A stretch of DNA of 64,000 nt from Phallusia mammillata (Eukaryota): NCBI GenBank assembly GCA_965637545.1, contig OZ281494.1, positions 6,510,001 to 6,574,000 on the forward strand, written 5' to 3'. Positions within the stretch are counted from its first letter, which is position 1. The number at the start of each line of letters is the position of its first letter. Made by a program: the position numbers and the translations under genes. The notes under the pieces were generated by a model. That model was not told the origin of the DNA. It ran no database searches and saw nothing but the letters and a program-made list of their open reading frames with translations. Below are positions 39,623 through 51,387 of this stretch, piece by piece.

Positions 39623-41739
39623 ATGTTATGTAAAACCGCTTTAAACACTATCCAGCATTTTGCTGCGACGATTTGCGTCATTGCAAGTGGTAAGTTATTA
39701 TTTGTATAACATATCGTTGAACAGTTAAAACCTCTCTACTTTAAATTTGTGTTTCAAGTTTCGTTCAGTCCCACGTCAGGTTATTGCATCCGACTTCCAA
39801 CTTCAAACAGTTCCGGATATTTTTCACACGCTTCCGATTATTCAACAGTGCAATGCAATTGGGTTTTTGATTACAATCCACCCAACCGAACAAATCTTAT
39901 GATGGTGTTTAAGGTTTTAACATCTACCAGTGTAGGATCGATTCTTAATCACTACAACTTCTATACACCCGATAACCCAGGTACGTCATTACCACCTGAA
40001 GTATCTTACAAAATAAATAAATAAATAAATAAATATTGTCTCGTCTTAGGCATGAAGTGGTGGTTATCAGGTCCTTTCTGTCGTATTTATGTAAAGTCTG
40101 GTTCCAATTTGACAAACTGCAAACCTGGAGTTACGAGACTAAACGTGTGTAAAAATGTCATACAAGAATCTGTGATGTGGCCTCCCATAATTAAAACCGA
40201 TTTTATACAATATTCTGCTGTGATGTCATACCAGTTTATTGATTGTGAAGCAATAGAAAAACAAAAACAAATCAGCACAACGCCTAACCCAGGTACAATA
40301 CTTATTTCATATGCAAGATTCAAAGCATTATTGCGGAAAACTGTGATTTGTTGATTAATATAACTGTAGACAAACCTGTTATTAATTTAGAAATAAAAAA
40401 ATTGCGGCCTAGAGTGTGGTTTAATGATTCTGTAGCAATGTAATTTAAACCATTGATTTGTCCATTGATTAAAACATACTTCATTCCTCTTGAAGTCTCG
40501 GAGTCGAGCACATCTCAGTACGATAAGCAAACGAGTAGTGGTTTGCTAAACAACTCGATTCAGGCAACAACAATGTCAGGAAAAACGTCATCTCCCGTTG
40601 GCACAGCTTGCGCTTCAGGTATTGACACTCTGTTTAGTTTCAATCAAAACAATGCTTGTTTTTGCTAGTAAATTTCAGACTGAAAATTGCTGTGTTGATA
40701 AAGCAAATTACAAACACTTTGATTCTTGCCATATTTTCCTTATATGTATACACCACAAAACAGGTATTACAGTTATTAGGACGCGGTGGGGTGTATTTTT
40801 TCGAACCCAGAAAGCTCTCGGGGACAGATCCCGATCAAGTTTTTTATGTCTGTACATGGTTTAGGCGAGCCGGATCATTCGGCCAAGTTCCTGCCCAACA
40901 CGATGCGCTGTTTTTTCCTTCTTTTCACGGGCCCAGGACTTTTTTTTTTTTTTCACGGGGTTCGAACCCAGGACTCCCCCGGGGACGAATCCCGATCAGG
41001 TTTTTTATGTCTGTATATGGGTCAGGCGCGCCAGACCGTTCGGCCAAGCTCCTGCCCTTCACGGGCCCAGGACAATCTGCAACGACATCTAGCGTAATAA
41101 TAAAATCAGACATTAAAGTTAATACTTGTCCGAAATACTGGCAATGACAAACATGTGTTTTAACTTAATTTTTACCAAGTTTTATACACCAACCACAAAC
41201 TAACACAAACCTTACACTGATACCAGTTACTAATTATTGCAGGTCTTTCCACAACTGATACCATCATTATAGCATCAGCTGCTGGTGTTCTTGCAGTATT
41301 TTGTTTACTGCTCATCCTGCTGTTGTGGCAAAACTGCAAAAACAAACGCAAAACAAGGTTAGCTATTTGTACGAGTTTAAATAAAAAGCTTTCTAAATTG
41401 CACATTTAAATCCCCAATGATTCGCAAAGTTTTAAACCTCAGTTTAAAACCAGAAATATGTACAGAAACGGCTCCATGATTTCACTTTCGACGCAAAACG
41501 AACATCTACAAGGCCAACCACCTCCTAAACAAGCTTACACAAATTTTCCACCAGCACCGCCGAATCACGGTAAAAGTTTGTTTATTCTGTGACGGTGTTA
41601 TCAGTGTTGATTAGTTTCATGTTTTGTAGATTCTGTGGACGTGAATGCAGTTTCAAAACCTAACGACGACGGTTATGTTGTTCCAATTCAACGCTCTGAT
41701 CCAGTTTACGAAGATGTAAACGGAATTTATCGTAATTGA
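39623..41739 (+). CDS. R3: intact receptor, ectodomain A with type-II tail; exons 39623-39689, 39759-39980, 40050-40292, 40496-40618, 41243-41357, 41430-41569, 41630-41739
   Basis: Continuous spliced ORF: signal, YCIRLPTSNSSG...QCNW...PNRTNLMMVFKV...FYTPDNP, KWWLSGPFC...FIDC, Ser/Thr stalk, TM IIIASAAGVLAVFCLLLILLLW, tail ...NDDGYVVPIQRSDPVYEDVNGIYRN*. The exon-6 acceptor is my best in-frame choice. Confidence 0.85.
40776..41095. repeat. GC-rich intronic insertion in R3 with an internal ~160-bp direct duplication, probably a TE relic
   Basis: gggac..atcccgatca.gttttttatgtctgta.atgg...ttcggccaag.tcctgccc at ~40820 and ~40982; ttcacgggcccaggac occurs twice; not seen in the homologous R4 intron. 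Confidence 0.6.
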
Positions 41740-42435
41740 ACTGTTTACTTCATCAAAAAGTTTTCTCACATTGGATATTCAAACACAATATTGCAATTTC
41801 TCAACCTCGCATTTCTAAAACTTTTTTTTCTTAGTTCCTAATTTTTCAAGCTCTGTTTAATAGAAGTTAAAATCGCATACAAAGGCATACTCCTACAAAA
41901 GACGATTTAGGTGAAAAAATTTTTATCCGTGAGTTTGCACTTGTGTTTACTACCGTCATCTTACCTGAACTGTTTCTATGTTCAAAACCTGTTGTGACGA
42001 CTTACGTTTATTACAGAAGTCAAATCACAATTCTTTTTGAAAAGACTTACAATAGGGAAAACTGGATGACATCAAAACCGTCTAATGTACCTGGTGCAAA
42101 ATCTAACGCAGTGTGTAATGATATCGTATTTTGTTTACAAGTAATGCAATCATTGTAACAACCGAAATACTTAAATGCGTTGAACAAACATCGAATTGTC
42201 AATCACGAAAGTTGCTGACTCAACGTCTAACAAATTATCTCCTGTTAGATTCTAGCAGCTAGAAGATTACAGTGCAGAACGAGCAGCAAAGTTTAAGTTT
42301 ATCTCGCAAACAAGTCAATCTACTAAGGGCAAAATTTTTATGTAGAAAGAAAAGATATAATTTGTTAATCAAACATGCATACTCAGCTTTTTCAATTAGA
42401 TCATTAACACGTTGTTCGAAACGTTGTTAACATAG

Positions 42436-42576
42436 GAAATCGCAAAGTACGAACACGTTAACAGCAAGCACTTTGGAACTGCAGAGTATAGGGAAAGTGT
42501 GGTCAACGGGTTTTTTCAGTCTACCAATCGATCATCTGAAAAGGAAGTTGTGTACAATGCCGTGTATGAAGCATGA
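42436..42576 (+). pseudogene. orphan type-I tail exon, a duplicate of the R2 tail carried along in the R3/R4 tandem duplication
   Basis: Encodes ...ESVVNGFFQSTNRSSEKEVVYNAVYEA*. The downstream flank 42660-42930 matches 39060-39350. No ectodomain or TM exon precedes it. Confidence 0.8.
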
Positions 42577-43145
42577 GGTTTCAGTAACCTACGCAATCCA
42601 TATGAACGAAGCATACTTAAATTATATAAGAGCATTTATCGTGGTACAATCTTCATTGTTTTAACTATTAATTAATTACCCATGCCAAGTTGTTTTATAA
42701 ACATAATTATGTTTAACTTTAAGCTCTACACTTCAATTGAGAAACCGGGCCTAAAAAGAAAACTTTTGTAATTAAGATGTTTTGCAACTAAGATGATGTT
42801 ACGCACCGACTTGCTCAAATCACGTTTTAAAACTGTGACGTATGAACGGCAATAAATAATTTGCATTTACTGTGTATGGGTAAATAAAGCCTCACCATAC
42901 TTTCAGTGGTTGTATTGCAAATTAGTTTACATTTACTTATGAGGGTTAGACAAACAACAGATTGACGATGAGCCTTTGTGATGTTGTGTTTCGTTTTGTT
43001 GTTTAAATTATTAAGGGAATTACTGCGTTATCACTTTTATTGTTTGGTCAGACGAAGTTAGTGCACAATAAGGCTTGACTTAATTATGTGTTGTTTCACT
43101 AAACATTCACACTTTTACATGTACTTTCTAGTACACAGATAAACA

Positions 43146-45754
43146 ATGTTGTGTAAATTCAGCATGAACACAGCTCAACGTTTTGTTGCAATGATTAGTG
43201 TCATTACAAGTGGTAAGTTAAGTCAAGAATTTAGGGCATTTCGGGGCGATGTTTTATGTTTACTACTTTTCTTCTTTCTATTTGTAATTCAGTGTCGCTT
43301 GGCCTTGCATCAGGTTATTGCATCGAACTTCCAACTTCGAACAGTTCAGGAAATTTCGTCCACGCCTCTGATGTTCGAACAGAGCAATGCAACTGGATTT
43401 TTAATTACAATCCTCCCAACAGAACTAACCTTATGATGGTGTTTAAGGTTTTGCAATCGGGTACTGTTGGTCTGTTGCATCAGCAGTACGACTTCTATAC
43501 ACCAGATAATCCAGGTACGTGTAAACCAGTGGTTCTCAACCGCCTGTCCACTGATCTGTGCCGGTTTGCGTCAACTTTTCTGCCGGTCAGCCAAATATAC
43601 TACAAATTTATATCTCAATTGAAAATGCAAGATGTTAAAGGCCATTTGTCCATTAATTAAAAAATATAACATCCATATTTAAGGTGATTTAGAATGTTCA
43701 CGTTCAAAAATTTGCAGCATGTCGTACGTCACAAACAACTTGTCGTACGTCACAATGCTGTAAGGGTGGTGCCAAAAAGTTTAAAAGTGCAAAAGACACC
43801 AGCAAACTTCTCATTACATCTTTTAAGTTGCATATTGTTGTCGTAGTTACATTTTGGGGTGATTTTGACAGTCCACCGGTCCGCAAAATTTGTTTTGAAA
43901 GTTTACCGGTCCGCAAACTTTAAATGTTGAGAACCGCTGGTGTAAACCACTTCAGGAACCTTGTCGACATAAACACGTGATGAATATTTTCTTACCGTAG
44001 GCAGAAAGTGGTGGCTGAAAGGTCCATTCTGTCGTATTTATGCAAAATCTGGTTCCAGCTTGAAGAACTGCAAACCTGGAGATAAGAGACAAGACTTGTG
44101 TCGAAATGTTATACAAGATTCTGTGATGTGGCCTCCGATATTAAAAACCAGCTTTGCATCATATTCTGCTGTGATGTCATACCAGTTTATTGATTGTGAA
44201 GCAAACGTGACGGAGAACAGAACCAGCACGAAAATGACCATGGGTAAGAGATTTATTTCAACAGCATTAAGATTCGCCATACTTCGCACACATACAGGTG
44301 GCTTACACCTCGCATCTGCGCACCTTTTTATCATTCCACGTGACTCAAGTGTATATGAACAGGTGTAACTGATGTGGACCTACATATCACTGATAATGGC
44401 ATGAGCACTTGCCAAAATATTTGAAAAATAAAGCATGTCGATTTTTAGAGCCGTTATTTCACCATTCACCATTAAGCATCAAGATTTGTTTGGTAGTTTC
44501 ATATTTTATCCTCGTGCAAGGCCTGAATGAGTTATACTCACAATAGGTCCGCTGCCGAGCTGCCGGTTTATTGCAATCACTTTTTTCGAGCAAGAATTCC
44601 ACCGGGTGGAGGCAATGCTGCTCTAGTTTCTTGTTCAGAGAAAACAAACTACCTTGATTGGATTAGAACCAACAACCTTGTGAACAAATAGCGGAACCAC
44701 TTAGCCACCGTGATTTGCGTGATTATTATTGTGACTAAAACAAACCGTGAATTAATTGTGCAAAATTTTTCGTGAGAGGTTAATGATATGGACGTGGTCA
44801 GAAAGACTTACACAACATTTTTTCTCAATTTAATCCTGTTTAACATATTTTGTTTGTGCAGATATCTTGATACCAAACACATCCAACATCACCAACTCAG
44901 TGCAAACAGGAACAACGTCACTTCCTGGAAGCGCAGCTTGCGTCTCAGGTATTGACACTTTATTTTCGGACTTGACTCATTGTGATAGCTGCTGTGTTGA
45001 TAAAGCAAGTTACAAACACTATTGGTTGCAAAATTTTTCTGGAACGAACACCACGTAACCAAACAAATATTGAAATGACAAACTACCTAACGTCCCCAAT
45101 GTTGCAGACCACAAACATGAGCTTTTACGTTGTATGTTACAAGCGAATCTAATAATTAAACTACAATTAACACAAATATTACACTATCATTACCACAGTA
45201 ATTAATAATTTCAGGTCTTACTACAATTGACACCATCGTTGTAGCATCAGCTGCTGCTGTATTTGGGGTATTTTGTCTGCTGCTCATCATATTGTTGTGG
45301 CGAAACTGCAAAAACAAAAATAGATCCAGGTTTGTAGTCACACCGTTACCCAACTATTAAGAAAACAAAACCTCTCAGCATATGTGCAATATAGTGACTG
45401 GGACATGTGTAACATTTCATGCGCATTACAAGGTAGCGTCTACTAACGTAATCGTTTTATTCCGGTAAACACAGCTTTAAAACCATCAGTTTGTCCAGAA
45501 ACAACTCAATAATCTCACTTTCAACACAAAACGATCATCTACAAGAGCAACATATTCCAGAACCAGCTCCGTTGAAACACGGTAAAGCAATGTTTATTAT
45601 GTGACGGTGTCAAAAGTGATGGTGAGTTTTATGATTTGTAGATTTTGTTGATGTGGATGTTGCTTCAAAACCTAACGACGACCACGGATATCTTGTTCCA
45701 ATCAAACAATCTGTTCCACTTTACGAAGATTTAAATGGATTGTCTCGTACTTAA
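43146..45754 (+). CDS. R4: intact receptor, ectodomain A with type-II tail; exons 43146-43212, 43293-43514, 44001-44243, 44862-44948, 45215-45329, 45475-45581, 45642-45754
   Basis: Spliced ORF co-linear with R3; TM IVVASAAAVFGVFCLLLIILLW; tail ...NDDHGYLVPIKQSVPLYEDLNGLSRT*. Confidence 0.88.
43527..43939. mobile_element. hAT (Charlie/Buster-like) MITE in R4 intron 2
   Basis: TIR CAGTGGTTCTCAAC / GTTGAGAACCGCTG; perfect TSD gtgtaaac. Confidence 0.93.
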
Positions 45755-46659
45755 TCGGTCCCAAAGTTCAGCACATTGCAATGCCGAGTTTGAACATCAA
45801 AATTTCTCCAGCTCGTATTTTACGCTTGAATTTGTTCTTTTTAAGTTCTGCTTTATAAAGCTTACGTAATAATTAAAAAAATACACTTGCTGTTACAACT
45901 TAGTATATTTACACAAAAATATTAATTTAGTTGACTTTCCTCTTTGTGTTTAAGATTGTCAAAATCACAATTTCAAATGAAAAAAAGATAAAACCAAAAC
46001 AAATTTATGTATCTGCCCCCAAAACATTTTTATTATGTGTAATATGAAACAATTTTTATTGTTACCGAGTTGCCATTGTTATTTAGACCAAAAATGTTGA
46101 ATGCGCTTTAAATTCTTTAAATTCAATGTTGTTGACTTTTAGTGATATTGATGGTTGCTGACTGATGGTCGTATGCCTTCCATCGACGTCAGGTACACTT
46201 CAAGCATGTCACTCGATAAGTCATGTTTTGGTTAACTTGCTGATTTTAGAAACTGTTTAACAATGACAATTTGATAGTGACAATGCTAATACAACTTGTC
46301 TTGACTTGCCATAAACCAGTAATTGTTATGCTTTTCAGGCAAATGCTTCAATCTACTCAAATCAAGGTTTAGGAAAGGTGTTTTTATACACTTATTATTT
46401 TCGATGCGCAATAAGTTATGCTGGTTTGGTGCACAGCAAGGCCAAATGAGTATCACCTATTAAAATGCGTAGGAAGTGCTATGATGCTCAATATTGTTTG
46501 AAAACAAATCAGTATGATGAGTGTTTGGCAAGTTGCCTACAACGTCAGGGTCTTAGGAGGTTCTCAATAGTACAGCTAGCAGATGCATTAGGCGTATGTA
46601 AAGTTTATTGATTGTAAATTAGCTCTGAAATTTAATTTTCAAAGGTTATGTTGTTCAAC

Positions 46660-47958
46660 ATGTTAAGCTTAAGATTTCCAAACTGGGAACAGCACCTTGT
46701 GAAAGTGATTTCAATTGTAGCAACTGGTAAGTTGAAAGTAAGATGTTGTACATTGTGACGTTTGTTTAGTAATCCAAAACTTTCATATTTTTCTTCAGCT
46801 TTGCTGCAAGTTATTGCACTCAACTTCCCACGTCAAACAGTTCCGGTTACATGGGTTATGTAGCTGGTTGGCGGGGAGAGGATTGCAAATGGATTTTTGA
46901 TTCCGATTTGCCCAACCGAACTAATCTTATGATGGTGTTCAGGGTTTTAAATTCCGACAGCACTGGATGGTCATACGACTTTTACACACCAGATAATCCA
47001 GGTATATTTCGAAGGGTTTAGATTAATTCTCTGGCCAAAACAAAACAGAAAATGTGTTGTTTTCCATCGTAGGCATAAAGTGGTGGCAATCGGGTCCTTT
47101 CTGTCGTATGTAAGTAAAGTCTGGTTCCAATCTGACGAACTGCAAAGCTGGAGATACGAAACAAGACTTATGTAGACATGTCATACAAAAGTCTAAAAAC
47201 TGGCCTCCCATGCTGAAAACAGGCTTTGCATTATATTCTGCCGTGATGTCATACCAGTTTATTGACTGTGAAGCAAATACGACGAAGAACAGAACATTGA
47301 TGGTCCCTAACATAGGTAAAACAAAATTTTCTGGTCGTGAGTTGGGTTGTTTCATAGGTAAGGTCGCCGGTGTGGGTTGTGTTTGTATTGATTTTATTTC
47401 AATTCTGTGTACGCCACCGGTTTTCACTCGCTTTCATGCAAAAGAACCGCGCACGCGTTAAACTTAGTTCACGTATAATTACAATCTAAACATGTCAAAC
47501 TTATTTCGGTTGAAATAAATCGTAAGCTCAACTTCAGTTTCGCCTCAAACAAATTATTGGGTAGGTTGAGTGTTGATTGTACTCGTATAATTGATACCGA
47601 AATGTTTGCAGCGGTCGAAGTGTCAAACATATCTAATCCCGACAATATGACGTTTGGAGAGCAAAACTCCACACATTACACAGCACAGGGTACAACAACA
47701 CCAGAAACGACGTTGATTTCCGCTACACCTTCTGACTCCAGAGGTAAGATATAAACGTTTACTGTATAAAAGTACCAGCATATACATGGTGACATTTAGA
47801 ATTCCAGTCATTTAGTGTTTGGAATATGTACCGTTTAAATTCTATGTTTGTTTACGCAGGGAAAAGACAACAGCTCCTCCAAAAGTTCAACAGTAAACTC
47901 TTCTGAACCCCAGGCCAAAGAAGTAGTGGACAATGTACTTTACACCGTTACTAATTAG
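46660..47958 (+). pseudogene. R5: probable pseudogene (ectodomain A, stalk, type-I tail remnant, no TM exon)
   Basis: Exon 2 SYCTQLPTSNSSG...FYTPDNP has no in-frame acceptor that I could find; TAA at 47111-47113 where paralogs have Tyr; the stalk exon ends at 47743 and the tail exon (KEVVDNVLY) starts at 47860 with no hydrophobic exon between. Confidence 0.8.
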
Positions 47959-48169
47959 TTTTTTTTTTTCGAGAAATTTCGTAATACATCCAAATGCTTT
48001 ATAATTTTTTTCAATATATTTAATATGTTTGAAAATAATAAACTGCCAATTGCTTACATTGTTTTACTTCATTGGGTGAAAGTGCAATTACGGAGACACC
48101 TTTCACCATTTCAAATTTAACAACTTCTGATTATCTAATAATAGCTTCAACGACAGTTAGAACTTTATT

Positions 48170-48278
48170 TTATAAATGAATTTTCCTGTTTTGCCATAAT
48201 GATATGATGAGCAGTGGACAAAATATGGCAAGCACAGTAGTAGCTATTAATATAACTATGCTATCAGTCGTAGAAAAA
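48170..48278 (-). pseudogene. orphan, inverted type-II TM exon relic
   Basis: After ttttcgtttcag the reverse strand reads FSTTDSIVILIATTVLAIFCPLLIISLWQNRK, homologous to the R3/R4/R8 TM exons. Confidence 0.7.
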
Positions 48279-48530
48279 CTGAAACGAAAATTTTTGTCAA
48301 TGTCATTTTGTCAATGACAGGGTAATCAAAACATTAAAACAAGCCTATACATTCGATATGCTTTTCAATAAAACAAAACAAAAATTTACTACATCTCTCT
48401 GGTACATAACCAGCAACACGCATTTTATAACCTGACCTGAGTGGGAAGTTGAAGGCATGGACGACACAAAAACGAAGGAAATAACATTGCCGAAAAAAAT
48501 AGAACAGTGATTTGGCACGAATCGTTGTAC

Positions 48531-48619
48531 TTAGTGCTTGCGAAGCAATGTTGTTATGAGCAGGTAAGAAAATATGACAAGCACAACAGCAGCTGTTATG
48601 GTCTCAGTCGTAGAAAAAC
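48531..48619 (-). pseudogene. second orphan, inverted type-II TM exon relic
   Basis: cttcag|GFSTTETITAAVVLVIFSYLLITTLLRKH* on the reverse strand. Confidence 0.65.
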
Positions 48620-49128
48620 CTGAAGCGTAAAATGGAGCAAGGAAATGGACAATGTATTTTAAACAGTTACTAAATCTTTTTTTTTATATATATCGTAATG
48701 GGATGCTTTATAAAACATTTAGATGGTAATGTTTAAAAAAAACTCTCATTGAATTGCATTGTTTTTACTTCGTTGGATTGTTCTAAAACTGCAATAAGAT
48801 AACTTTAACGGAGTGGCTGAAATACATCGTCGTTAAAAAAGCGTGATTAAAGGTTGTTGTTGTTTTAGGTGTTAAATCACTGTTGTCGATGTTTGCAAGT
48901 TCAGCAAAAAAGCATACAAAAAAAAATCATCAAGTAATCTGAATAATAACCTTATCGTAGTTGTCTCAAAAGTACAGGTATTGTTAATGACTTGTTGTCC
49001 TTCCGTTCAAACATTCTAATAACGTTATATTTTAGTCTGAAATAGATTAGATTAAGAAGCTAGTGATGACAATACATTATAGCAGGGCTTGAGCATCTGC
49101 ATTGAAAACGTGTCTTAATGCTGTCAAA

Positions 49129-51387
49129 ATGTATGGTGTAATTTACTGCTGTAAAAATGTCTCGTGTCAATTACTGCTTTTTCTGTTCGGATTTATCGGT
49201 AAGTCAAGAAAAACTGGTTGTATAACGGAAATTGACAATTTAATAAATTTTTTCAGCCTATGCAGCCGCCATTTGTGTACCGTTCGCCACTGCTGGTGAC
49301 TCTGGGTATTTGGTTCACGCATCACACAGTGGTGGTTCTGTTGGAGAATGCAAATGGCGATTGGATGATGCCTATTTGGGCAGCAGTTCAAACCGCATCA
49401 TGGTTTTCAAAGTTCTGAAAGGAAACATATTTTCTTCAGATTCTGTGTTCAACTTTTGGCTGCCTGACAATCCAGGTAAGCCAGCAATGCTTGTATCTAT
49501 AACCTCTAAAATTTTATAGTAACCTGAAGCTTTCTGTACACTTAGATCAGTTTTCGTTTTTTGTTTTGCAATGTTATATAAATGATTTCGCCGATTTAAA
49601 GATAATCTAAGTTCTAAGCAAGAAATGAATACCACATGTGTTTTACTTTGCCAGGAAAAGCCTATTCTCGATCTGATAGTCCGTGGTGTCGTGTCTACAT
49701 GAAATCCGGTTCTGATGCAAAACTGTGCAGAAGTGTACTTCGGACAAAACATTTGTGCAACAGTGGCATGAAAACATTAACAACTTGGCCACCACCAATC
49801 ACAACTGGTTTTCGAAGATTTTCTGCTTTGATGTCATATCAATTTGATGACTGCAAAGCTGATGCACCGACCCAAGCAACTCCAAATTCAGGTAGACGGT
49901 CCAATAAAAAAAAAACACTAGACAGATCTAAATACGTACCTTGATTTTCATTCATTGGTTTTGAACAATGCTGGTTTTAATCAAAAAAGATAATACCGGT
50001 TGCATCAAACATCTCGGTAGGGCGTTTGTTCAAATTTTCAAGTATTTAGCACTACCTAGTCAAGCAGTGGTCATGTGTCAACTACAGTTTCCATCAAGTT
50101 TAGGTTAAAAAGCTTTAAGTTCCAAACAAACTTTCTTCATATCATAGTTGAGAATGCTGCCGACACCCCCCACACAAAAAAACTGACATTAGATAAAATC
50201 TGCATTTGCAGTGCGTTCGAGCAAAATCTTGACAAAAATTTCAACAACAACAACAAGACCTAAAACAACAACAGCACCACCACCACCAACAACAACAGCA
50301 ATAACGCCTGGAGATATAATTGGAACGGCGGGTGAAAAAATTAATCAAAGTGTGAAGAACACAACATGTGATGTGGTACCACAAGGTACATATTAAAAGC
50401 CGACTCTTTTTTATGCTCCATGTATGTTATTTTATAAATTGATATAATACTATAGTATGCAGATTTTATTTCTGGAACAATAACTATTATCTCAATTAAC
50501 TTTCAAATGAAACGCTAATTTGCATGCTATGATTCAAATGAACTAAATATATACAATATTTGCTGAGTTCATAAGTTAGGTTTCGTATTTAAAGTGTTCT
50601 AGGAAGAAAGTTTAGTGTTTTTAAAACCCACCTTTTATATTGATTTTGTAGTATTTCCATCAACTGGAGCTATATAACAGCGACTATTGTTCTGGCGATA
50701 TTCTGCGTATTGCTCACAATGTCTTTGCTACAAAATCGGCGCCATAATAGATGGTTAAGGTTAGTCAGTGATTTAAAAAACTAAAGGTTTTGAAAGTATT
50801 TTCTCTTCACTTGTTTTCGGATTGTTTTCTGTCGATGTTTACAAAAACAAGTTTGCGAAAACATATCCGCTAAATCAGTGTCAAGTTTTGTGTTTAGAAA
50901 CGCTGCAGTTGCCCAGTTCTCAACACTAAACAGTGCACAACCAAATCATCAGCCTAATTCTTCTGCTGCCTTACAATACGGTCAGAATGTTAGCTACTTT
51001 GAGCATTTTTTATTATTATGCGCAGTGGGGTATTTCGGCTTATACAAGACGGGAAGGCAAAATGTGATGGCCCTAGGCAAATTTTTGATTTTGGCTTTGC
51101 CTCAAATAAAATAACAAAAATAGACAAAGCAGAGAGTCGTTACAAAAAGTACAAAAAATGACCTTATTTTATTTACAACGCAAAGTTGGAAATTGGTCTT
51201 GTCACAACACAAAGTTGCGATGAAAATTGGTCTTGTCATGTGATGTCTATTTAAAGGCTATTTAAAAAGAAGTTCGTTTGCAGATTACGTCAACATTGAA
51301 GTTGTACCTCGGGCCGACTATTCAGATCATCAAGTTTCAATCCCACAACCTGCTGCTGACTATGTGGAGTTTGATGAAACCCATTAA
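49129..51387 (+). CDS. R6: ectodomain subfamily B with type-II TM/tail; a TM-exon frameshift predicts a secreted product or a pseudogene. Exons 49129-49198, 49257-49475, 49655-49891, 50212-50331, 50652-~50759, ~50898-50979, 51284-51387
   Basis: ICVPF...SGYLVH...ECKW...SNRIMVFKVL...FNFWLPDNP; SPWCRVYMKSG...SALMSYQFDDC; Thr/Pro stalk. In the TM exon the spliced frame hits TAA at 50675-50677, while ITATIVLAIFCVLLTMSLLQNRR is in another frame. The last exon reads DYVNIEVVPRADYSDHQVSIPQPAADYVEFDETH*. Confidence 0.75.

Noticed and set aside
40656-41147. 163-aa ORF and overlapping ORFs in an R3 intron
   Set aside because: They arise from the GC-rich duplicated insertion and have no homolog in the R4 intron.
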